This document shows positions 33,799 to 45,958 of a stretch of 64,000 bases of DNA, in pieces. The translations under genes and the position numbers were made by a program. The stretch comes from Halocafeteria seosinensis (lineage: Eukaryota): positions 1 through 64,000 of the forward strand of contig LVLI01000080.1 of the NCBI GenBank assembly GCA_001687465.1, in the 5' to 3' direction. The stretch's first letter is position 1. Every line of letters begins with the position of its first letter. Under the pieces are notes generated by a model. That model ran no database searches and was not told the DNA's origin. It was given only the letters and a program-made list of their open reading frames with translations.

Positions 33799-34851
33799 AT
33801 GGAAGAATTGTCTTCTTCGTCGTCCGCGTCTGCGACGCCGCCTGTTGTCGTGCTGTTTGACATTGACGGAACGTTGGTGGTATCCGATGAAAGCAACCAG
33901 GTACACAAACAAGGATTCACTTACGCAATTGAGGAGGTCTTCGGAATCGAAGGTGTCGACGTACGTTCAACAGCGATCGTGTACACTGCAGACGTATGAC
34001 GAATGATTTTCTCCTTAGCTGTGAACAGGTATCGGAAATCAACCATCATGGAATGACAGACAAAATGATCATGGCCGCAGTACGTGGTGTGCATTATCCA
34101 GCCTAAGTGATTTCGTCAATTTACGTTACGTGTTTCAGCTTCTCAAGAAGAGAGGAATAGCCGAGGAAGAGATATGGAACAACATGGAAATATTATGTGC
34201 CCACATTTATGCGTACTGCGAGTACGTGAGCCAGCGACCACAGTGCTACTAGCAGAGTCTTTCATCTATGGTATCTTGTCGACAAGCAGAGGCAAACGGC
34301 ACGAACTGCGAGTATTGCCCGGTGTTGAGAACCTTCTCAAGTGTCTCCAGAACATGAATATTCCATTAGGACTTGTCACAGGTGGGGTGTGAAGTGAAAA
34401 TGATGCATGGCAAACCGAATGGACAATTTTGTACCTCCCCGTATGCAGGCAATCTCCAACCTATTGCATGGGACAAAATGGAGTCGGTAGGGTTGAAGCG
34501 TAAGTGTACATCCGGAACACTGCGGGCCGCTCATAGACTGAAATTCTGATCAACGCAGACTATTTCTCCTTTGGTGGGTTTGGTTCCGATCATACGAGTC
34601 GTCAGGAAATGATCAACATAGCTAGAAACCGAATAGTTGCCCAAAATGAACGGCTGCGCCACGTAAAGTTCGTCCACATCGGAGATTCGCCCTCTGATAT
34701 CGCCGCAGCCGCAGGTGCTGGAGTATATTGTATCGGCGTCGCCACGGGGATCTTTGACGTTTGCAGGTTGCGCGAGGAGGCGAACGAATCTTGCACCATC
34801 GTTGAGAATTTGGAAAACACAGACCTAATTCTTTCGATTTTAGGTCATTGA
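33799..34851 (+). CDS. HAD-superfamily phosphatase (phosphoglycolate phosphatase-like)
   Basis: Motif I LFDIDGTL, HGMTD, LPGV, GLVTG/N, FGGFGSD, motif IV IGDSPSDIAAA, IGVATG; several short introns. Confidence 0.9.
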
Positions 34852-36897
34852 TCCATTTTCCGCACTGCCCTCAGATGCATATTCGACTTCGTCCGCTGGT
34901 GGGGTCGTAGGGCCTGGTCGTCTAGAGAATGAAAGTCGTCTGCGCTGGTGGCGTCTGTTGGAGGGTGTGGACCATCTCCCTCGGCTGCTCTGTCTCTCTG
35001 AACTTCGAAGCACACGATGGAGAGTTTGTACCTTGTCAACCCTTGTATGCGGCCGTCGTGGCGTGGCACTCTCCTTCTCCACAAAATCCTCAAAGTCCTC
35101 CATTTCTCGTATGATATCTTCATCGTCCACATCATCATCGGCGTCAGCATCTCGGGGGTCGGTGCGTCGACCATCAGCATCTACGTGAATTTCCGACTTT
35201 TCTGTTCTCAACGATGAATCAACGTCCTCTTCACCAAAAAAAGCAAACAAAAACGCCCTGTGATTTAAGCACAAGGTACTCAACAAAGCTTGGCGCGTTT
35301 ACAATTAGAGGTTTACGTACTCGACTCCAGCGTCTTCCGGCAGCCGCAGAAAGTATTCTCCAAAGTCCTCCTTGATCTTGTTCCTTAGGTCGCTCAATCC
35401 TACCTCGGTGGCGATAGCAACATGTTGTTTGTATTCCTCTTCACTGAGGGGTCTGTATTATAGAGTATGCAAAAAACAATGGACAACGTCACAGTATAAC
35501 AAACACCATTTGCGGACTGGGAAACATACCTGCGTTTTTGTCGGCAAAGTTTCTTACACATATACCAATACATTGCCCCCAGCAACAACCATAAAGCCTT
35601 AATCAGAGGGACTAGCACGACAAGCCCGAAAAATCCGGTATTAGAAGTCGTTGGCAGCCACATCATGGCCAGCGCAACGACTCGCAGAGTTAATGTAATA
35701 ATTTTTAGAGGACGCTCGCCAGTAATTGGACCCCAAATGTAGAAAAATGACATGAGAAACAAAAACGATGGAATAGCATAAGCAAGCAGCCACTGCCACC
35801 ATTCCATACTCCAGAGAGCAGCACCAATGTTGGCCCACTTGCCGTACATTGTGGGTATCATGCTTCCCAGCAAAGAAAACATCCCAAACGCCAAGCTGTT
35901 CCTCAGAGTTGCCTTCCGCCAGAGGAGGACACCAAGTACGATGAATCCTACCAGGGTTCCCAAGAAGGACTCAGTAGTTAGCTGAAACGTGAAACTTCTG
36001 CTTAACTTCGGAGCGGAAGTTAACAACGTAGCTCCTACAATGAAAAGTAGCACTCTTGCAAATTGAATTCCTGCAAAGAGAAACGAGCTATGGCAGTGGA
36101 AAACATGACACCAAGTAAAGAATAACCTTACCTTGGTAGTGGCATTTTATGGAAATATCAGTGTCTTCTTGTCCCACGATGAAGACCAAGGTATTTTCAA
36201 CAGGATTAATCGGCACGAATGTATCCCATTTGAATGCCGATCCCATTAATTGAAACAGTCGCGTGCCAGATAGATCGATGGCATTTTCCTCTGCAAGTAC
36301 ACGAAAGAATTATAGTTATCGTCCAGAGGAAAGCCAATAGATCTCTATCGACGTACCGCCCAAGTCTTGAAGCCATTGTTTCATGAGTCCGTGGCGGGGT
36401 TGCTCTTCGGCGCCAAACGGAGAAGAATGCACATGAATGCCCATCTGGGAAAGTGACTTGCTTTTCCCAGCAACGACTCCATCTCCGTATACGGTCCCTG
36501 TTAATCTGACTTCCGCAAACACGTTCCGTAGGAGATAGAGGATCATGTGCTGCCGTCCTCTCATCAAATTGTAATAGCGCGCCCCCTCTATAACCAGGGG
36601 AATGACGGGTCTACTATGACCGAGGCTTATTTGCGTGGATCCATCCTCTTCTTTGTTCGTTTCTGCGACATATCTCTCCAATCTGTCCCGTATGTCCCGG
36701 CTGGAAATAGTGTAGCCTCCAGGACGCCAACAAAATACTGGGGAGACAGACACAATGGGCATTCTGTCGTTGACGAATTCGATATCACTGTCATTCTTTG
36801 CTCCTTTTCCTCCTCTATGTGCACGAGGCGAAGCATCCACAGCCACATGATGGAGGGTCAGAATGAAAAGCAAAGGAAGATGCCAAAGAAGTCTCAT
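34840..36897 (-). CDS. Nuclear envelope integral membrane protein (NEMP1/TMEM194-like)
   Basis: Signal peptide, about 5 TM helices (F.VGA.LL..APKLSRS..F; YIWGPITGER), conserved C-terminal PLSEEEYKQHVAIATEVGLSDLR; 5 exons. Confidence 0.72.
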
Positions 36898-37417
36898 TGT
36901 TACAGTTAATGAAGAAGACGAAGGCGCAGCACTGTTTTGTCTACCGCGACGTGAAGATCGTTACATTCAACGACATGAAAAACACTTAAACAATTTCCAA
37001 CCTCAATGTCTCTAACAAAACACCGCGTAAGCCAATTACTACTGGTACTAAATTCGGTATTTCTCTCTTCGATAAAATTCTTGGGAGCAGCTGGCTTCAC
37101 ATGGAGAATTTCAATCTTTAGTGACGCTACACTTTAGCGAACTTTACGTGTGTACGAGCTTGAAATAGAGTAGCGAAATGGAGTAGCGCACCCGAAGGAA
37201 TTAGTACATAGACTCTTCTGTATATTCATCTCCCAACAAACAAGATCTACTTGGAGGACCTGTTGTCTGGAGCCAACCTTAAATTATCTATCCTGGAAAC
37301 TGGTCCCGGTCGATTCGACGTTGGAAGGCATGGAACGAGCACTTGAGAATTGTTCAAATTTAGTGATAATGGCTGCACCGCTAGCGTTTATGTCAACCCG
37401 CGTCCTGTCTGCAGTAC

Positions 37418-38739
37418 TCATATTTTGCTTGGAATGTTTTCCGTTATCCACTGGTTTTCCTCTCTTATCCATTCCGCCGGCATACAAAACTGTCTCATAG
37501 TCTCGACATACGAGCGTCCGTCAAGTTCCTGCCCTCAAGAAAGCAAAGCAATCAATCCTATTGTTCCTAACCATCCACAATGTATTTACTTACATTGAAC
37601 GCTTCTTCATCACGACATACAGCCAAGCCTGACGCTTCAATCATGGCGATCCTCACATAGTCTTTGCCAATGACCTTCTGTTTTTGACGCGGTAATACAT
37701 AGATGCTGTTGCCATGGTCGGCAAACAGTAAGTTGTGAGCTACGTCAAGAGCAAGTAAACGGTCCACTATTGCCGTAGTTGCAGCTACCAATGCCCTGTG
37801 TCGCGAGCGAGTGTGGAACATCTGTTCGTCGTGCTTTTCGGTCGACAACACCCAGCCAGAGATAGGCCAAGATGTAAGTAGGCTGACTCGTAGTTCTACT
37901 CCTGACGATGCGAAACTGCGGCTTAAAACTTCCCGTTCGGAATATTCTACGGGCATCCCCGGCTTCTCGAAAGACCAGCTAGTGTAGAATGGCTGAAAAT
38001 GTAGATGGTTGACCGAAGCAAATGCACCTAACGAATTGTATCCGATCCTAAAGTCTTCCCGGTTGGATATAGAGGCTAGTTTCACTCCGATCCCGATGGA
38101 TTCTCTTGATAGTTTCTGAGGCAGCTTCTCCTCCATCCAAGGCACTAGTAAGGAGTGTCCATCAGCTAGTGGACTTACGTTAACAAATAATGTATGCAAA
38201 GAGCTCCGGTTATCTTCTCTAGGCTTATCATCTGTGGTCATATCTTCTGGTTCCAGTAGAGTATCCAGATTGACTGACGTCACTTCTTGCTGATCATCAT
38301 CCGCCGCAAATACCAGCTTCGCAGGCTGATGGTCCTCCAACGCTATCTTCATCATAACTTCCCGAGGAGATGCTTTATTGAAATGGAAGCCTTCTGGGTC
38401 GAACGGACGCGCAACAGGTATCTTATCTGGTTCATCTTGGTGCTGTATCGTAGTTGCGCGTTTCTGCACGGAAGGCCGTCCAAATTGACACCCAGTTTTT
38501 TTTTTGTTTATGTTTTTTTGGGCACGTACATGTTTGACATGATCCGGGTTGTAATGGGCCACTAATTCGGCTCCGAAATGCTCTCCTCCATCCAATTTCC
38601 TATGGTATACGCGGTCGATGGTTCCCCGAAGGACTCCCTCTCTTTTCGTCACTCTATCCCATGTTTCTCTATAATATGCGTCAAATACGGAAAATTTATA
38701 CCTTTCTCCATTGTATTTATTTCCTATATACGTCTCCAT
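37418..38739 (-). CDS. GDP-L-galactose/GDP-D-glucose phosphorylase (VTC2/GDPGP1 family, HIT superfamily)
   Basis: PFDPEGFHFNK, FVNVSPLADGHSLLVP...LPQ, FRIGYNSLGAFASVNHLHFQ, HNLLF, YVLPR, E.SG. One 3' intron at about 37529-37593. Confidence 0.9.
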
Positions 38740-38901
38740 ACTACCTAATATAATGACGTATAACATGCATAAGAGACAAAACTTCATCGTATCACCCTCT
38801 GGTCACAATTCAAATTGACGAGAGGATTGATTTAGACGCCATTACGCCCTCCCAATAAGGACAAGACGAACCTTTTGGATACCACGTCAATATAGGTAAC
38901 T

Positions 38902-41044
38902 ATGTGGATTATACAAGGTCCTCCTTCATCATCGTCGTCGCCTCACACGTATTATTATCTGCCCGAAGGAGAATTCACCATTGGACGTGATGGTATGTCT
39001 TTTTCTCTTTTTTCCCTTGTATAATGAGCATGGCTCCCTCACAACCTTACGTGACAAGAGCAAAAACACCTATGTACTGATCGTGCATCATGAACTCATC
39101 TCAGACCAATGTGATATCGTGATCAAGGATCCCAGCGCCAGTAGAACCCATGCGGTGCTCTACGTGAGACGAAATCAACGAAATCCTTCAGGAACCCATT
39201 CCCTGTCCGTTGTGGATAAATCATCATGTGGGGTACGTTTAGGGACGAACTTGATTGAATGGCTGCATGAAAGGAGTTGTACGCCTGGTGGAACTTGCAG
39301 ACTTGGTTGGAAGGGAAGCGAATTACTAAAAATGAGGAAACCTCCTTGAGCTCACTCAATTCCTCCGAGGAAGAGGAAGACGACGCACCGGCGACATTAC
39401 CGTCGAAGACATCGCCACTGCAGCTCTTCTTTGCTCAAAGAGGACCCTACAAGTACGCGACCGGCCCCTCTGTGTTCACAGTGTCATTAATTTTGATTCG
39501 GTCCTCTCCATGCTTTTTGCAGAGTATATCACCATCAGTACAAGATATTACCCACCGGCCTAGCTCCAACCGTTCGAACAAAGCTGTCCAAGCAGGCTGC
39601 TAAGCTTGGTATCGAAGTTTTAAAGAATTGGACGCATGATTGTACGCATGCATGTGTGCCGCAGGAACAACACCCTATTACTATAAAACTGCTTCTGGCG
39701 CTCGTCAACGGAAAGCCAGTGATAACTTCAGATTGGTTGTTTGCTTGGGGACCTCCCCATAGGAAAACCCTATGCGATCCGCCTCCGGAAGAATTGGATT
39801 ATGTCCCTTCTACGTCGGTTACGGATGGATATGACTATAGTCCGAAAAGGAGCCGGAAGACCATGTTAGCCCACTTATCAGCCGTGTACGCTGACGAATC
39901 TCCTACCGCAGTGGTGCTGAAGGAGGCCGGGGCTGAAGTACATACGGCCTCTTCCCTATCCAGAGAAACTGCTGACCAGATCGTGGTGAACGCTCAGCGG
40001 AGTGGCCGCAACATCATACTTATATCTAAGAAGCACGAAGAGCAGTACGAAAGCCTGTGGGAAGCGAATTCTCAAGTCAATGAAATTAGTACTTTCCTTG
40101 AATCAAAAAATTGCAAATTCGTTTCTGAATATGATGTCTTTCAAAGCATCGCAGCTTCCAGTACCGTAGGGACGCTCGCGGAAGCATCTCAGCCTTCCGA
40201 CACAGACCGAGAATATCTTAAGGACAATGATCTCCCGATTTTTAATTTCCGAACGAACACGAGAAAAGCCGACGCCCGTCATTCGACGAAGGACGAGGAC
40301 ACAGGAATGACCGACACGGATAGAGCGGACTCTGTGCAGAGTAACCAAGAAGCAACTCACGACACTCCCGAGAATGATCAGCCGACTAATTTAGAAGTCC
40401 ATGACCGCGTCAGTGGCGGTGCATTGGGAAAGTGGGCCAGCGTGCGGAATGGAGCCCCATCTGGCGTGCCTACTACTAATGGGAGCCTTTCCGATGGCCA
40501 CGAAGATGGCAATACGGACGATGCGTCGCAGGCGGATGTAAAGACAGATGTTAATATCAATAAAGCGCGCAGAAACGCTGTTCCAACTTCTTCCGCAAAT
40601 CAGGGTCCCAACTTCAAAGCCTTTCGACCGAAATCCTCTCAAAAGACAGGCACAGTGCCACGCAAACGGAAGACAATTGGAACGAAACGAGCAGAAGAGT
40701 TTGAAGAGAGACAGCTTCCGGCAGAACTTAAAATGGATGATTCGAACGAAGAAGAAGAAAAAGATAAATTTTTCGATAGTGCGCTAAATGGTGGTAGCAG
40801 CGTCAAGAAACGATCTGCCAAAGAATTACTTAACCAAGTGAAGAGCAGTAATAAGTCTTCCAAAACCGGCACCGAAAATGTAAGGCCGACGCAGATGGGA
40901 ATCAATCAGCTTTTATCAACTCAAGAGTCGGTGAGTTCAGCAGACACGGCTGGGGAAGACACCATCCCGCCGAAGAGTATTAGCAGTGGAACACTTCGCA
41001 AGAAGCCAGGCACGAAAGGCAGATCAAAGGTGAAACTCATCTAA
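38902..41044 (+). CDS. NBN: Nibrin/NBS1 (FHA-BRCT, MRN complex)
   Basis: MWII...FTIGRD/..CDIVIKDPSASRTHA...DKSSCGT FHA domain; BRCT with WTHDCTH and TIKLLLAL..GKPVI...W; Mre11-binding NFKAFRPK; acidic EEEKDKFF ATM-motif-like segment. Confidence 0.88.
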
Positions 41045-41089
41045 CAGTGTGTATTCTACAAGACAATTTCTACGCATTGTACTTGCGCT

Positions 41090-43298
41090 CTACTGGCCCT
41101 CTTCACCACCTTCGTCGTCCCCTTCCTCCGACTCTTCTTCGGACTCAGATTCTTCATCACTATCATCATCTTCATCGAAAGCGTTTGTAGGAACAGAGAA
41201 TAACGCAACAGTCGGTTGATTTGGATCCCTCATCAATACAAACTTGCAGACATGTTCTTCAGGTGCCGTATCTTCGTCTCGTAGGTTCTCCGCATGGGTT
41301 CTCACGAGCTCGACCAGCCATTTAAGAATACCCCACATGTTCACACGACTTAGAGACATTTGATGCGCAAACATATCTGGTGCATACTGTTGTGTGCCAA
41401 GGATTGTATGGCTCTCGTTTGTCCTAGAGTTGAGTCGTGAAACAAATCCGATTTTCATTTCGTCAGCCCCTGCCAACGTAGTAGCGGCAGTCCACTTGGC
41501 TAATTTAAAACCATTGTTTTGTACTTCTTGAGCGATGAGGGCTCCTCTCTGTGTATCGATTGACTTCCTCCAAGGATTACTTCCAGCCATCTTTGGATCC
41601 CATTCGTTCAGTGCGTGCAACGTCATCAAGTTGCGTTCACCTCCCTTGGTATTCACGGCGTTCACGGTTGTTCGAGCCACCACCGTAATATCCCCGCTCA
41701 ACTGCACCCGAAAAAAAAAACAATACAGAGATTTGACTCTACTAATAGAGTTCAAGCAAAAGTATTCTTCTGAAAGGCGTTTCCTCAGTCTTAAAATAAA
41801 AGTTCGACTTCATGTGCACCGCGAAGCGGTACTCAGAGATTGTTCACAACCATCACGGGAATCTATCGCCTAAGGCATTGGACCGGAAGAATGTCGGGAA
41901 CTTACCTGCCACTTTCTATAGCGGTATGCCAGTCTAGCTGGTTCATGTCCTTCTTCAGCCTCCTCAGGGTCCCAGAATGGGTTGTCTTCCAGCTCATCAA
42001 GTCCCAAGTCTTCTTTTGGATCCGCAGGTCCGTCAAGAGCTTGCTGTATGAAGTTCTGGTGGATTGTCGTAGCTTCCAATTCTAAATTCTCACGGTAATT
42101 AGGGTCGTCAGCGTATTCCTCGTTCTCCGGTGGAGGATACCGGGAAGTCTCGTTAACAGTGTGCATCTCAAATTCTAGCGGATCTCTAACATCGAGAAAT
42201 ATCGTTCCTCCAATGTACGTGATCACAATATCCCACGGATACACCGAGCGCGGGCATGTCATTATGTGAGATAAAACTGCATCTGTGGCGAAAACATTTC
42301 CAGCATCCTCAGCAGAATACTCTTGCAGCACTGGATCTTCAGCAGAGGAGACGTAATAAAAGTCCTTGTCTTCATAGCGCGCAAGGTTCTTCTGTTTCTT
42401 CGATGTGACACGATCATACTGAACATCGTACTTGGATAACCGACCACACCATTTCCTGTATCCCAAAAAACGTTCAACGTCACCAGGTGGACATTATACA
42501 CCTGTGGATAGTCGATTGGATTGCCGGTACTTACAAATCATCAGCAGAAGGTTCAGTAGTCTGCAACTTGTTCAGCTGGCTCAGATCAAATTGTTCAAGG
42601 TGGTTCCAATCGGATCCAATCTTGACGGATGGTTCCCGGTGGACCCGCCAGCCTGGTGCTCTCTTTCGGCTTTCAAACTTGGCCTTGTTAAGCTTTTCTC
42701 GGCGTTTGTTCATGCTACTGCCTTGGTTCATAATCTTTCGCTGTTGACGCGTCATTCGCCCTGCAGCCTTATCCTCCCAACCGCGGTCTCCAGCAACAGG
42801 AGCATCTTTTCGGGGACGACGATGAGCTGTTCCATAAACACAAGCAAATTACACACGCGCATTCGTATAGATCATAGGAGTAGGCTGTCGTGACGTACTC
42901 TTGCGCTTCTGGGTCTTGGAGCTATCAACAAGTTCAAATTTCTTGTCCATTTGGGTATCATGTTTGTAGCCTATTTCAGCATTTTCATCACGTCCACCTC
43001 GGCCATACCCTGCACCAAAACGGCCCAAACAAAAAATATCGATAAGTATTGCAATTCCGCACGAGGTTCAAAACGTCTTGGGCATGTACATACGCTGTGT
43101 ATACGCCAAATAGCCTCCAAAATCTGATACTTTGCCCAGGCGGTCCCCTTTCGAAAAGGGGGCAAAAGGCATGTCTCTGTACCTTTCAGGCACTCTCATA
43201 GGACCCCAGCTCTCGGAACTGAACTCGACATCGAGAGAAGGAAAAGCAACAGGACCTTCCTGAGCTTGGGACTGCGAATTAGACGTGGATGAAGCCAT
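41090..43298 (-). CDS. EIF3D: Eukaryotic translation initiation factor 3 subunit D
   Basis: WGP...PFAPFSKGDRLGKVSDF, REPSV.I..DW, FATDAVLSHIMTCPRSVYPWDIV, TVNET, AYRYRKW, ALNEWD, QRGA....E..NN.FKLAKWT, KFVLMRDPN; acidic tail. Confidence 0.96.
41781..41861 (-). ncRNA. Intronic box C/D snoRNA; predicted guide for LSU rRNA A-loop Um (yeast Um2921 equivalent, snR52-like target)
   Basis: Minus strand reads ttccc-GTGATGG (C)-ttGTGAACAATCT-CTGA (D')-gtaccgcttcgcggtgc hairpin-ATGAAG (C'-like)-...-CTGA (D)-ggaa. Lies in the unusually long (about 200 nt) last intron of eIF3d. Guide is complementary to LSU rRNA GGAUUGUUCAC. Confidence 0.85.
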
Positions 43299-43659
43299 TT
43301 TCTATCCAATCAAATGGGGACTCGAGCAAGGGGGTAAGCAAAGAGAACAAAAAGCCACTCAGAGGTTCGTCAATTCAAGCACCACTGATCCAATTCCGGG
43401 ACAATGGGTCGTCAAAGACAGGAATGGGACACAAATCGAAATGATCTGGTGTCTCAAGGACATTAGCGTAAGCAGGGGTATGAAACTTGCTTGCTCCAAA
43501 ATCGCGGTGTCACTGAAGTGCGAGAAAAGATTGTCGTGTTGCTCAGTTTTTGCGTACTTCAACTTGTCGTACTGAAGACTTCAGTCTGAAGTGGAATTGT
43601 ATGTGGGAGAGGGAAGAACATGGAAATGACGCGAACTCCGTCGTGAAAGAAACTGGTTA

Positions 43660-43914
43660 ATGACAATGTCACAGGAGGAGAATCGAAGCGAAAGGGATGG
43701 AGAGATTAATCCGAAACCAGCAACCCAGTACGATGTTAATCCTCCAGAGGGTCAACAGAACGAGGAAGATATCATTAGCAAGGAAATGGAGGTTGCCTTC
43801 GGAGAAGCATTGGATAATGTAATAGAGCAAGCTTTCGAGGAAATGAAACAGGCACAGGCCGATGAGAGCGAAGAAGTAGAAGACGACGGCGAAGCGGAGG
43901 CTGAGTCTCCCTAG
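43660..43914 (+). CDS. Small acidic hypothetical protein
   Basis: 84-aa ATG ORF, Glu-rich, divergent from eIF3d. Confidence 0.4.
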   Translation: MTMSQEENRSERDGEINPKPATQYDVNPPEGQQNEEDIISKEMEVAFGEALDNVIEQAFEEMKQAQADESEEVEDDGEAEAESP

Positions 43915-44410
43915 ATACGCAGACAGGAAGTGTAATTGGTCGACATTCCTTGGCTATGTTGAACAGATCGAACATTTCAATAGTAAAAAGCATGAATGCC
44001 TACAGGGAAGCCGAAGAATCAACACGCTCTCCATGTGTGCATAATGCAACAGACTGTCAACAGTCCTTAGAACATAGCTGTATCACTATGGATTTCCTCA
44101 CTTTAACTACAGTACTTCCAACTCTGAGTGGGACATATTCAGATGTTAATGTACGTTGTACTATCCTCTTAAATCGTACGCGCGTACGCGGTGCTTGCTT
44201 CAACTTCGAACTCAAACCAACACTGGTCCAACAGTCAACAACGTGTTACAAACATGCATACACTTCATCCATTCTCTTTGAAACATGCATTGCACTACCA
44301 GTGTACTCAACACGCCAGTACCATTGCGTGACAAAAAATATTGGATTTGACAAAGACCACCTTCAGCAACAACGGTTGCATTGCAAGTTGTTGCACCGTT
44401 ACAGAGTGAA

Positions 44411-45850
44411 ATGGACAGTCGTCCGAGCTCTACCCCCACTTCGGCATCTGACGAGGTAGAGGAGCAAAAACGACACGAAGTGAGACAACTCGATCGACGA
44501 AGGCGGTCACCCACCATGTTAGAGAAAAGCCAGATGTGCTCAATCCAGAAAGCATTCGTGTCGTACACATCATCTCTCACCACTACCGGCATTACAGAGT
44601 CCTTGCTGCCCCCTCTACCAGTTTCTGATGATGATACGACTACTTCGTCAAGTCGTGGGTCTACAGAAGGCAGTCCAGGTAGTGAGCATTATAGCCGCAG
44701 GAAGCTCAGTTCGTCGAGCCATGCTAGGGCGGCTACAACATCTGAATACCCTCCTTTACCTCTTTCTTCCAAGAGCTCGGAAACTACTTCGCCAGAACAA
44801 GCCGATGGCACTCCCGAGACTTCGCGAGAATTTCCTTCTTTAGATAAGAGTAGCAGACGCTCCGAACTACACGGCGCGGAATGGGCGACCTTATCGAAAT
44901 TAGTCGGGAATGTGAAGAAGGCATCCATTGAGGGAGACAGCGAAGCTCTTGCGAACTCGATAGAGAGCCTCTCCTTTTGGGGACGCAATCAAATTGAAGA
45001 AAACCTTTATCTCAAAGAACGAGCGAAGGACACACAAACTACCAACGCAAGCCTAGTAGTCGAGAACGTCTTCCTGAAAACTGTCAATCAGTTACACCAT
45101 CCTACTTCTGGAGCTCAGAGGGAAGAGTCTAATGGGTCACTGCACAGTGCATCTGAACAAGGTTGTAACATGATAGGTGCCTCAAGAACAAGGGAGTACG
45201 ACTTACGGAGGGGCACAGTCACTGATGCAACGCACGAAGTGGGCTTAGCCGAGAGAGAGCACCTCTTGAAGCAGTTTCAGAAACTCAAAAGCTTCGCCGA
45301 GAGCATTAATGAAAGAATCTGTAGAGACCAGATCATGTGGAATGAAAAATGCGAAAAAATATTGAAGAAGCAAGATTCTGCAACTGCTAGGTTTGATAAA
45401 CTCAAGAAGAGAATTGCGCATGGTGCGAAGTGTCGGCGGACGAGCTGCAGCACTCCCCACAGTAAAAGAGGCAAACCTCGTTTAAGTGTCTGTTCCCCAC
45501 AAACCTCATTTGTATTAAAAGATTGTAATAGCGATTGGAAAGTATCGGCGCTACGAGACAGTAGTACAAAGCAATCAACGTGCTACATGACCGGAGGATC
45601 AAGCTCCCACACCGGAGCGTGTGGATTGGACTTGCGAGGAGAACTCTTATTCGACGCCCAATACCTTGCTAGTCTGCAAGAATATTTGCAACTATCTGAG
45701 TCTATTGTTGAAGTGCTTATCAATCACCTAAGCACTCTACGGAATACGAGTGACAAGAGCCATCCCGCTCGAAGGAGAAAATTGGGCAAAGCAACTTTAG
45801 ACCTTACTGTGTGTCAACCAGACGTATCCATGTCAGTACAGCCACGTTGA
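44411..45850 (+). CDS. Hypothetical Ser-rich / coiled-coil protein
   Basis: Long uninterrupted ORF, first in-frame ATG MDSRPSS; no recognisable domain. Confidence 0.6.
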   Translation: MDSRPSSTPTSASDEVEEQKRHEVRQLDRRRRSPTMLEKSQMCSIQKAFVSYTSSLTTTGITESLLPPLPVSDDDTTTSSSRGSTEGSPGSEHYSRRKLSSSSHARAATTSEYPPLPLSSKSSETTSPEQADGTPETSREFPSLDKSSRRSELHGAEWATLSKLVGNVKKASIEGDSEALANSIESLSFWGRNQIEENLYLKERAKDTQTTNASLVVENVFLKTVNQLHHPTSGAQREESNGSLHSASEQGCNMIGASRTREYDLRRGTVTDATHEVGLAEREHLLKQFQKLKSFAESINERICRDQIMWNEKCEKILKKQDSATARFDKLKKRIAHGAKCRRTSCSTPHSKRGKPRLSVCSPQTSFVLKDCNSDWKVSALRDSSTKQSTCYMTGGSSSHTGACGLDLRGELLFDAQYLASLQEYLQLSESIVEVLINHLSTLRNTSDKSHPARRRKLGKATLDLTVCQPDVSMSVQPR

Positions 45851-45958
45851 TCGGCTACTGAGGCATGTACTGGGTCAGTGGACATGGTCGAAGGCAGTTT
45901 CGTCTGCGTGCCAGTGATCATCCGCCGAGAAGGCCGCATTTTACTATTTGCATGTGGT

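Noticed and set aside
44175..44188. 14-bp palindrome cgtacgcgcgtacg
   Set aside because: A single palindrome of this size is expected by chance in 64 kb.
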